From Eledone cirrhosa (Eukaryota), in NCBI GenBank assembly GCA_964016885.1, contig CAXHJY010001094.1, positions 1 through 40,725 on the forward strand: a stretch of 40,725 nucleotides of DNA, written 5' to 3'. The notes under the pieces are model-generated. The model was given only the letters and a program-made list of their open reading frames with translations. It was not told the origin of the DNA and did no database searches. Positions 22,933 through 38,248 of this stretch are shown piece after piece (positions within the stretch are counted from its first letter, which is position 1; the number at the start of each line of letters is the position of its first letter). A program made the translations under genes and the position numbers.

Positions 22933-22990
22933 CGGTTTCGACACACGATTTCAGATAAAGAATCTTGCTAAACAAATTCAGAAACGAAAT

Positions 22991-23048
22991 ATATATATAT
23001 ACATATATATATATATACACATATATATATATACACATATATATATAC

Positions 23049-23081
<33 letters not shown>

Positions 23082-23085
23082 CACA

Positions 23086-23119
<34 letters not shown>

Positions 23120-23899
23120 CACATATATATATATACACATATATATATACATATATATATATATACACATATATATATATACACATATATATATACATAT
23201 ATATATATACACATATATATATACACATATATATATACACATATATATATACACATATATATATACACATATATATATACACATATATATATACATATAT
23301 ATATATACATATATATATACATACATATATATATATATACATATACATATATATACATATACATATATATACTATACATATATATATACATATATATATA
23401 CATATACATATATATACATATATATATATATACATATATATACATATATATATATATACATATATATACATATATATATACATATATATATATACATATA
23501 TATATACATATATATATACATATATATATATATACATATATACATATATATATATATACATATATATACATATATATACATATATATATACATATATATT
23601 ATACATATATATATACATATATATATACATATATATATATACATATATATATACATATATATACACATATATATATACATATATACATATATATATATAT
23701 ACATATATATATATACATACATATATACATATATATATACATATAATATATACATATATATATACATATATATAACATATATATATACATATATAAATAT
23801 ACATATATATATATACATATATATATATACATATATATATACATACATATATATATACAATATATATAATATATATATATATATATACATATATATTAC

Positions 23900-23963
<64 letters not shown>

Positions 23964-24056
23964 CATATATATATATACATATATATATATATACATATAT
24001 ATATATACACATATATATATATACATATATATACATATATACATATATATATATAC

Positions 24057-24087
<31 letters not shown>

Positions 24088-24134
24088 CATATATATATAC
24101 ATATATATATATATACATACATATATACATACAT
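22991..24134. repeat. (TA)n/(TACA)n compound microsatellite array
   Basis: (YA)n on the + strand; the first 300 bp is enriched in cacatatatatata units. Confidence 0.96.
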
Positions 24135-24345
24135 ATATTGTTATATTTGGGGAGGGTCATATTTGCGTAATATTGCCAGAATTAATAACAGAACACACTC
24201 ACTGTTTGGTTGGTTTTTGCTTCTCGCTGTCTTTTATATATATATATCTGCGATCTAACTTACTCGGTCCTCAATGTTGCCATTGACTGACCGGCGGTCA
24301 AAAATAATACAGATACAATATAGACAAACACATATATATATAGTT

Positions 24346-24390
24346 TACATAAATCTTTCGTTGCACATCTGCAACATCGTCAGTGGTGTT
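24346..24390 (-). ncRNA. Minimal hammerhead-like motif in the PLE 3' region (probably degenerate)
   Basis: Minus strand: acacca CUGACGA u GUUGCA gaug UGCAAC GAAA gau UUA ugu. Core boxes and a perfect 6 bp stem II are present; stem I is only ~2 bp. Confidence 0.55.
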
Positions 24391-24654
24391 ATATTCATTG
24401 TTCCTCCTGTTGTGTTGTATGTCTACGCCATTTTTTTGTTCAGTCTGTCTATATATTTATTTATTTATTTGCTTGTTTGTTTATCTTATTTTATTTTGTC
24501 TTCTTTGCGCATGCGTTTGCGTGTGTGTATAGTGTTATGTGTGATGTGTGACTAGTGTGTATAGTGTTGTGTCTGCTGGGTGACTAGTGTGTGTTTATGT
24601 GCTTGTGTATGTATTTATTTATCTTATTTTATTTAATTTAATTTACTTATTTAT

Positions 24655-25660
24655 TTATACTTCTCTTAGGTCAGTGTTGTTTGTTTGGGTGTTGTTGTTG
24701 TTCCACTCATTCTTTCTGTTTAGCTTTGGTCTTCTAATTTCTATTTCACTGGCCTCTCTGATTTGCCTATCTGCTGGGTCATTCCTATGTTTAGATATTA
24801 TTCTAATTTCTATGTTGTCTATGTTACCGTCATGATGTTGTCTAGCATGTTCGTATAGTACTGACCCGTTTTTTCGTCCTTTTAGTTCCCCCCAGTGTTG
24901 GTCTATCCTTTCACCTATGCTACGAGCTGTCTCACCTATGTATGTTGTTGTCGTGTTTCTGCAAGTACCCGCTGTACATCTTATGCTATAGACTACGTTT
25001 CTAGTTTTACAGTTTATCCGGGGGTTCACCTTACATATGATACATTTCCTATTGGTACAGTGGGTTTTCTTAAAAGGGTAGGTTTTGCTGATCAGGGATT
25101 TTATGGTGGTTCCTGGCTTTTCTACCACCTTTATTTTTAAGTGGGTCTTTCTCAGGGCCTTTCTACACTGGTTAGCTAATTTCCCTCCAGGGGTGGCGTC
25201 CACAAACATGACACTCTGATATCTCTGGTTGTCGTACCATGATGTGGCCTTCCCTATCTTATGTCTAGCCCTATCTAAGCTATTCCATGATTTGCTCCTG
25301 TATAGTGGGCAAATTCCTTTCATGTCCAGTTCTATGAGGGTCTTATACTTTTCCATGGCTCCTTCGTATACTCTGACTGTCTCTTTGGTTGTAGCCAGAG
25401 AACTGCATGCGGTTGATGAAGTGTTGGATGTGTCCTTCCATTTCTGTTGGGTCGCACATGCTGGACACATTCTTCATCACTCGTACCAAATCTGCGATCA
25501 GAATATTAAACTTAGCACTACTGGACATTGCTGAGTTTTTGAGTATCAGGTATTTGGAGGCCATGGGTTTAGCATAGTGTGAGTGGAGAATTTGGGCTCT
25601 CTCATCTATAGTGTTAATCCAGAGTTCTGTGTCTAATACAGGTAGTCTATTGTTAGGGTT
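24655..25660 (-). pseudogene. PLE RT C-terminus/thumb + GIY-YIG endonuclease (partial, frameshift at ~25378)
   Basis: From 25660: NPNNRLPVLDTELW..HYAKPMASKYLILKNSAM..RMQFSGY; after a frameshift: PLYRSKSW..MFVDATPGG..IKVVEKPG..C..C..C..NVVYSIRC..C..YIGETARSIGERIDQH..RQIREASEI..LNRKNEW. Confidence 0.88.
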
Positions 25661-27529
25661 GCACTCAAGCTTTCACATGAGAATGAGAGGGCAAGGAAAG
25701 AGAACAGGGCCATAGAAAACATTAAAACAAACCCTAAGGCCTTCTTTAAATTTGCAAAAGAAACTGCCTCAGTACACTGCAAGATTGGACCACTCTTCCA
25801 CACGGACGGTTCATTAACCGAAAATCCCCAAGAGATATGTGAAATACTGAACGAACAGTACAAAAGTGTCTTCACATGTCCACTGAGGCACATGCAAATA
25901 ACGAAGCCAGAGGAGTTCTTTGATGCCACAACACTACATCAAGAAATGACAACCATCAACCACATAGACATAACGGAGGAGGATGTGGTGTACGCCATTG
26001 ATGAAATTAGAACAGACTCGGCTGCTGGACCTGATGGATTCCCAGCAGTTCTAAAAATATGTAAGCGGGCCTTAGCAACTCCACTGAAGATGCTCTTCAG
26101 AAGCTCCTTAGCTAGCGGTGTACTACCCAGGGAGCTGAAAGAAGGCACAATATGCCCTATCCATAAAGGAGGTAGTAGAGCGGAGGCCAAGAACTATAGG
26201 CCAGTCTCCCTGACGTCGCATATCAGTAAGGTCATGGAGCGAGTCGTCAGAAAGAAACTAATCACTTTCCTCGAAGAAAATGACCGCCTGACTAGCACGC
26301 AACATGGCTTCCGCCCAGGAAGAAGCTGCCTTACACAGCTGCTACATCACTACGACTGGGTACTGAGACAGCTACTAGACAGCTCACATGTAGACGTGAT
26401 ATATCTTGACTTTGCGAAGGCCTTTGACAAGGTCGACCACGGAATGATATGTCACAAACTACACGGACTCGGCATAACTGGAAAAGTAGGTGAGTGGCTG
26501 CATGGCTTCCTGAGGGACAGAAGCCAGGCAGTCGCAGCAAATGGGGCCCTCTCGAGGGAAACACCGATAACAAGTGGGGTGCCTCAGGGGACAGTCCTGG
26601 GACCACTACTGTTTTTGGTGGCTCTCTCGGACATGACCTCTGTGGTGCATGCAACAACATCCCTCACTAGCTATGCTGATGACACTAAGGTAGCACAGGC
26701 AATCAAAAACCCGGCTGACGCTGCCCTCTTACAGCAGGATCTGGATGCCATATACAGATGGGCGGAAGAAAACAACATGCAGTTTAATGCTGGCAAATTC
26801 CAAGCCCTACAATACAAACCTGCAAACACAAACACAAATATAGCGGAACACAGCTACACAGGACCAGGAGGGACCGATATCCCCGTGTCAAATTCGATAC
26901 GAGACCTGGGCATAGACATGAGCGATGATGCATCTTTTTCTTCACACATCATGAAGGTGGCGACAGCATGTAGACGATTCGCTGGCTGGATCTTGAGGAC
27001 TTTCCTTACAAGAGATCGAGACACCATGTTGACACTGTGGAGGACTTTTGTCCTAAGCCGCCTGGACTACTGCTCCCAGCTGTGGTCACCCCATAGTGTC
27101 AAACTAACCACAGAGCTCGAGGCAATCCAGCGAAGCTACACCAAGAGGATTGCCAAGATAAGGGAGACAAGCTACTGGGAGAGGCTGAAGGAACTGAACC
27201 TCTACTCCTTGGAGCGAAGACGGGAGAGATACGCAGTGATCTACATGTGGAAAATCCTGGAGGGACTAGCACCAAACTTTGGCATTGGGAGCTGGACCAA
27301 CCGTCGAACAGGACGTCACTGTGTGGTGCCAAAGGTCCCGTCTTCCACATCTAGAATAAGGAGCATGTATTGCAATAGCCTGGGATTCAAGGGCCCTCAA
27401 CTCTTCAACAGGCTGCCGAGGCATCTGCGAGACTTGCATGACGTGGAGGTGGATGTCTTTAAGAAACATCTCGACACCTTGTTATCCAGGATCCCGGATG
27501 AGCCCACAGCAAGACACGAGGGAAACTAA
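25661..27529 (+). CDS. Partial ORF2 reverse transcriptase of a CR1-group LINE (APE domain lost by truncation)
   Basis: [80 protein letters not shown]. Same frame as ORF 25892-27529. A likely indel near 27522 cuts off the tail [12 protein letters not shown], which reads in the adjacent frame. Confidence 0.88.
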   Translation, partial: ALKLSHENERARKENRAIENIKTNPKAFFKFAKETASVHCKIGPLFHTDGSLTENPQEICEILNEQYKSVFTCPLRHMQITKPEEFFDATTLHQEMTTINHIDITEEDVVYAIDEIRTDSAAGPDGFPAVLKICKRALATPLKMLFRSSLASGVLPRELKEGTICPIHKGGSRAEAKNYRPVSLTSHISKVMERVVRKKLITFLEENDRLTSTQHGFRPGRSCLTQLLHHYDWVLRQLLDSSHVDVIYLDFAKAFDKVDHGMICHKLHGLGITGKVGEWLHGFLRDRSQAVAANGALSRETPITSGVPQGTVLGPLLFLVALSDMTSVVHATTSLTSYADDTKVAQAIKNPADAALLQQDLDAIYRWAEENNMQFNAGKFQALQYKPANTNTNIAEHSYTGPGGTDIPVSNSIRDLGIDMSDDASFSSHIMKVATACRRFAGWILRTFLTRDRDTMLTLWRTFVLSRLDYCSQLWSPHSVKLTTELEAIQRSYTKRIAKIRETSYWERLKELNLYSLERRRERYAVIYMWKILEGLAPNFGIGSWTNRRTGRHCVVPKVPSSTSRIRSMYCNSLGFKGPQLFNRLPRHLRDLHDVEVDVFKKHLDTLLSRIPDEPTARHEGN

Positions 27530-27663
27530 GGGCAGCAGCAACAAACTCCCTTCTACACCAGTGGCCAACCTATACAGGCTGGAGATAAAGTGTGTAGCAG
27601 CAAGGGCGGTGCCCCAGCATGGCCTCAGCCGGATGGCTGAAACAGGTAAAAGAGTAAAAGAGT
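25661..27663 (+). mobile_element. 5'-truncated CR1-group LINE
   Basis: RT-coding frame open from 25661 ([15 protein letters not shown]), short 3' UTR with hairpin tcagcc-ggat-ggctga and a (GTAAAAGA)2 tail running into the microsatellite. Confidence 0.88.
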
Positions 27664-32078
<4,415 letters not shown>

Positions 32079-32689
32079 TGGTGGCTGCCAACTCGTTTTC
32101 GAGTACGGCCACTACTTTATATCCATGTAGGAGAACCCCTACCGATGCGCTGAACGAGTGACTTTTTAGTCCAGCCAGCGACTTGAAAACTCTGGTACAA
32201 ACACTACACTTGTGACAATTATTGACACATAGTGCTTTGCCTTTGGTACCATGTGACGACAAGTGCAGAGAGATCTCCAGATACAAAGCAATGCCTGTGC
32301 CGTGAAGCTTTTATAGTGAGCAAAGGCACTGCACAAAGCCAGTCCCACTCTCTTAACCAAGATGATATTTACCAAAAAGAAGAACAAGTCAACATCATTG
32401 GATACCATCAGGGTTGCAGGTGTTATATCAGAGTTTTCCTTCTCCTAGAATTCTGCCTTGACAAAGGCTAAGGGGTCATCTCTCCCACTGATTTTGGATG
32501 GCCATTGACTCTTAAGAGCTCCTTTGCCCTTTGACAGGTTTTGTTTTTAGTCCTGCAGGATGTCCAAAGTCACCCTCCTCACCAAGAAACCTTGGTGGGG
32601 TTGCCAGTTTAGTCGCCAACGACCCGACCATGAGACAGGTTGTACTGGGATACATGTTACCAGTAGCACCAAGTGGTGACCTGACATAA
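32079..32689 (-). mobile_element. Non-autonomous RTE-derived bipartite element (SINE-like), copy 1
   Basis: ~610 bp island duplicated at 34173-34785 with the same ends. The minus strand has ctaggagaaggaaaactctga (32428-32448), which I recognise as an RTE 5' UTR motif, and a zinc-finger remnant [17 protein letters not shown] (32158-32208) near the 3' end. Confidence 0.72.
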
Positions 32690-32740
32690 TATACATATAT
32701 ACATATACATATATATATACATATATACATATACATATAT

Positions 32741-32787
<47 letters not shown>

Positions 32788-32944
32788 CATATACATATAC
32801 ATATACATATATATATACATATACATATATATATATACATATACATATACATATACATATATATATACATATATACATACATATATACATACATATACAT
32901 ATATACATATATATATACATATATATATACATATATATATATAC

Positions 32945-32979
<35 letters not shown>

Positions 32980-33067
32980 CATATATATATACATATATAT
33001 ATACATATACATATATACATATACATATACATATATATATATACATATACATATATACATATACATA

Positions 33068-33119
<52 letters not shown>

Positions 33120-33442
33120 CATATATATATACATATATACATATATATATATATATACATATATAATATACATATATACATATATATATACATATATACA
33201 TATATATATATATATACATATATATATACATATATATATATACATATACATATATATATATACATTATACATATATATATATACATATACATATATACAT
33301 ATACATATATACATATACATATATATATATACATATACATATATACATATACATATATACATATACATATATATATATACATATATACATATACATATAT
33401 ACATATACATATACATATATATATATATATATACATATATAC

Positions 33443-33479
<37 letters not shown>

Positions 33480-33483
33480 TATA

Positions 33484-33514
<31 letters not shown>

Positions 33515-33672
33515 ACATATACATATATATATATACATATACATACATATATATATACATATACATACATATATACATACATATATATATACATATACAT
33601 ACACATATACATACATATATACATACATATATATATACATATATACATACATATATATATACATATACATAC

Positions 33673-33723
<51 letters not shown>

Positions 33724-33757
33724 CATATATATATACATATATATAGTATATACATAC

Positions 33758-33788
<31 letters not shown>

Positions 33789-34172
33789 CATATATATATA
33801 CATACATATATATATATATATACATATATATACATATACATATATATACATATATATATATATATATACATATATATACATATACATATATATACATATA
33901 TATATATATATATACATATATATACATATATATACATATATATATATATATATACATATATATACATATATATACATATATATATATATATATACATATA
34001 TATACATATATATACATATATATATATATATATACATATATATACATATATATACATATATATATATATATATACATATATACATATATATATATATATA
34101 CATATATATACATATATATACATATATATATATATATATACATATATACATATATATACATATATATATATA
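32690..34172. repeat. (TA)n/(TACA)n compound microsatellite array
   Basis: (YA)n on the + strand, rich in catata units. Confidence 0.97.
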
Positions 34173-34785
34173 TGGTGGCTGCCAACTCGTTTTCGAGTAC
34201 GGCCACTACTTTATATCCATGTAGGAGAACTCCTACTGATGCGCTAAACAAGTGTGACTTTTTAGTCCAGCCAGCGACTTGAAAACTCTGGTACAAACAC
34301 TACACCTGTGACAATTATTGACACATAGTGCTGGGCCCATGGTACCATGTGACGACAAGTGCAGAGAGATCTCCAGATATAAAGCAATGCCTGTGCTGTG
34401 AAGCTTTTATAGTGAGGAAAGGCACTGCACAAAGCCAGTCCCCACTCTCTTAACCAAGATGATATTTACCAAAAAGAAGAACAAGTCAACATCATTGGAT
34501 ACCATCAGGGTTGCAGGTGTTATATCAGAGTTTTCCTTCTCCTAGAATTCTGCCTTGACAAAGGCTAAGGGGTCATCTCTCCCGGTGATTTTGGATGGCC
34601 ATTGACTCTTAAGAGCTCCTTTGCCCTTTGACAGGTTTTGTTTTTAGTCCTGCAGGATGTCCAGTCACCCTCCTCACCAAGAAACCTTGGTGGGGTTGCC
34701 AGTTTAGTCGCCAACGACCCGACCATGAGACAGGTTGTACTGGGATACATGTTACCAGTAGCACCAACTGGTGACCTGACATAAG
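34173..34785 (-). mobile_element. Non-autonomous RTE-derived bipartite element, copy 2
   Basis: About 97% identical to copy 1 by eye (roughly 14 substitutions and 3 small indels). RTE-type motif at 34525-34545; complete C2H2 finger [22 protein letters not shown] followed by Q and a stop at 34233-34304. Confidence 0.72.
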
Positions 34786-35146
34786 ATATACATACATACA
34801 TATATACATACATACATACATACATATATACATACATACATACATACATATATACATACATACACACATACATACATACACATATACATACATATATACA
34901 TACATGCATATACACATACATACATATATATATACATACATATACACATACATACATATACACATACATACATATACATATACATACATATATACATACA
35001 TACATACACACATACATACATACACACATACATACATACATACATACATACATACACACATACATACATATATACATACATATATATATACATATATATA
35101 TACATACATACATACATATACACATATACATACATATATACAGACA

Positions 35147-35178
<32 letters not shown>

Positions 35179-35433
35179 CATACATATACATACATACATA
35201 CACATATACATACACACACATATATATACATACATACATACATATACATATATACACACATACATACGTACATATATATATACATACATACATATACATA
35301 TACATACATATATATATACATACACATACATATACATACATATACATATACATACATACATACATATATACACATACATACACACACACACATACATATA
35401 TGTATATATATATATACATATATATATATATAC

Positions 35434-35480
<47 letters not shown>

Positions 35481-35509
35481 CATATATATACATATATACA
35501 TATATATAC

Positions 35510-35549
<40 letters not shown>

Positions 35550-35957
35550 ACATATATATACATATATATATATATATACATACATATATATATATACATA
35601 TATATACATACATATATATATATACATATATATACATATATATATATATATACATATATATACATATATATATACATATATATACATACATATATATACA
35701 TATATATACATACATATATATACATATATATACATACATATATATACATATATATACATACATATATATATATACATATATATATATACATATATATACA
35801 TACATACATATATATACATATATATACATACATACATATATATACATATATATACATACATATATATATATACATATATATATATACATATATATACATA
35901 CATATATATATATACATATATATACATACATATATATATATACATATATATATATAC

Positions 35958-35997
<40 letters not shown>

Positions 35998-36295
35998 ACA
36001 TATATATACATACATATATATATATACATATATATATATACATATATATATATACATATATATATATACATATATATATATACATATATATATATACATA
36101 TATATACATACATATATATATATACATATATATATACATACATATATATATATACATATATATATACATACATATATACATACATATATATATATATACA
36201 TATATATATATACATATATATATATACATATATATATATACATATATATATACATATATATATACATACATATATATATACATATATATATACAT
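34786..36295. repeat. (TACA)n/(CA)n/(TA)n compound microsatellite array
   Basis: (YA)n on the + strand; the first 600 bp is notably TACA/CACA rich. Confidence 0.96.
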
Positions 36296-36531
36296 AGTAT
36301 GCATGTATACGTACATACATATATGTATACAGACGTACAGTAGCATGCACATATATATATATATATACATATATATATACATATGCATACAGGTACACAT
36401 ACATATATGCACGTATCAGTTTAGCGGCGCTAACGTCGCTTTGTTCGTTTGTAAACAAACTGAACAGCCTGAATTTATGCCATACGGTGTTAAGGCAACC
36501 ACGTCACCTTTTTGTTCAACACTGACACAGG

Positions 36532-36576
36532 AACGATGTACTAGTTTCAAGCTTGTTAGCTATCATCAGCACCGTT
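36532..36576 (-). ncRNA. Type I hammerhead ribozyme, copy 1
   Basis: Minus strand: AACGGUG CUGAUGA u AGCU aaca AGCU u GAAAC ua GUA^CAUCGUU. Stem I is 7 bp (one G-U), stem II 4 bp, stem III the palindrome ACUAGU; cleavage predicted between 36539 and 36538. Confidence 0.85.
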
Positions 36577-36998
36577 TACCCCATCTGCCAGATAGTTGAA
36601 CGTTCGAAAGTATATACTTTCCTTATGAAAATTAACGGCTGAGCAGCCTAATTTGCATATTGAGTGAGTTAAATCGGTCAGGCATACCGAAAACGATAAA
36701 TTGAAACAAAATGAAAACGAAATTTCATTTCTCACTCTTAGTATGGCACTTACTTAAATGTAAGTATGCATGTATACGTACATACATATATGTATACAGA
36801 CGTACAGTAGCATGCACATATATATATATATATACATATATATATACATATGCATACAGGTACACATACATATATGCACGTATCAGTTTAGCGGCGCTAA
36901 CGTCGCTTTGTTCGTTTGTAAACAAACTGAACAGCCTGAATTTATGCCATACGGTGTTAAGGCAACCACGTCACCTTTTTGTTCAACACTGACACAGG

Positions 36999-37043
36999 AA
37001 CGATGTACTAGTTTCAAGCTTGTTAGCTATCATCAGCACCGTT
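36999..37043 (-). ncRNA. Type I hammerhead ribozyme, copy 2
   Basis: Identical to copy 1. Confidence 0.85.
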
Positions 37044-37451
37044 TCCCATCTGCCAGATAGTTGAACGTTCGAAAGTATATACTTTCCTTATGAAAATTAA
37101 CGGCTGAGCAGCCTAATTTGCATATTGAGTGAGTTAAATCGGTCAGGCATACCGAAAACGATAAATTGAAACAAAATGAAAACGAAATTTCATTTCTCAC
37201 TCTTAGTATGGCACTTACTTAAATGTAAGTATGCATGTATACGTACATACATATATGTATACAGACGTACAGTAGCATGCACATATATATATATATATAC
37301 ATATGCATACAGGTACACATACATATATGCACGTATCAGTTTAGCGGCGCTAACGTCGCTTTGTTCGTTTGTAAACAAACTGAACAGCCTGAATTTATGC
37401 CATACGGTGTTAAGGCAACCACGTCACCTTTTTGTTCAACACTGACACAGG

Positions 37452-37496
37452 AACGATGTACTAGTTTCAGGCTTGTTAGCTATCATCAGCACCGTT
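37452..37496 (-). ncRNA. Type I hammerhead ribozyme, copy 3
   Basis: As copy 1 except for one substitution (tttcaggc versus tttcaagc on +) that gives an A-C mismatch at the base of stem II. Confidence 0.78.
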
Positions 37497-37616
37497 TACC
37501 CATCTGCCAGATAGTTGAACGTTCGAAAGTATATACTTTCCTTATGAAAATTAACGGCTGAGCAGCCTAATTTGCATATTGAGTGAGTTAAATCGGTCAG
37601 GCATACCGAAAACGAT

Positions 37617-37680
37617 ATATATATATATATACATACATATATATACATATATATATATATATATACATACATATATATAC

Positions 37681-37735
<55 letters not shown>

Positions 37736-37967
37736 CATACATATATATACATACATACATATATACATACATATATACATACATATATATATATATACAT
37801 ATATACATACATATATACATACATATATATATATATACATATATACATACATATATACATACATATATATATATATACATATATACATACATACATATAT
37901 ATATACATATATACATACATACATATATATATACATACATATATATATACATATATACATACATACA

Positions 37968-38005
<38 letters not shown>

Positions 38006-38160
38006 CATATACATACATACATATACATATATATATATATATATACATACATATATATACATATATATATATACATACATATATATACATATATATATAT
38101 ACATACATATATATAGATATATATACATACATATATATAGATACATATATATACATACAT
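37617..38160. repeat. (TA)n/(TACA)n compound microsatellite array
   Basis: (YA)n on the + strand. Confidence 0.96.
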
Positions 38161-38248
38161 ATAACTTTGAATAACTTTGAAATGTTTTGGCCAGTATTGG
38201 CCCAGGCCATGTCTAACTTAATAGCACCACCTGGCGAAGTCTTTCAAT

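Larger units (their letters stand above)
24135..25660 (-). mobile_element. 5'-truncated Penelope-like element (PLE) with 3' pLTR/UTR region
   Basis: The minus strand encodes the end of a PLE RT, a Cys-rich linker and a GIY-YIG nuclease, followed by a ~500 bp A/C-rich non-coding region with a hammerhead-like motif. The left boundary is inferred from the microsatellite junction. Confidence 0.87.
36296..37616 (-). mobile_element. Tandem repeat of a ~465 bp hammerhead-containing unit (~2.85 copies), retrozyme-like
   Basis: Units start at 36296, 36763 and 37228 (agtatgcatgtatacgtac..) and are nearly identical. No credible ORF; one type I hammerhead per unit. Confidence 0.85.

Noticed and set aside
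22925-22965. Possible hammerhead on the minus strand (cugaaau..cgaaaccgaua)
   Set aside because: The CUGANGA box is broken and stems I and II do not form.
25652-25660. Telomeric TTAGGG at the PLE/LINE junction
   Set aside because: Single hexamer explained by the NPN codons of the PLE frame.
32600-32686. Canonical HDV-like ribozyme at the 5' end of the RTE-derived element
   Set aside because: P2-like and P4-like pieces exist, but P1, P3/L3 and P1.1 could not be fitted in the required order.
32079-34785. LTR retrotransposon or TRIM (two direct repeats reading TG...CA on +)
   Set aside because: The interior is pure microsatellite with no PBS or polypurine tract, and the repeats carry RTE-type features on the minus strand.
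36711-37561. Short ORFs in the tandem repeat units
   Set aside because: Low-complexity, no recognisable motif, and lengths change with indels between units.
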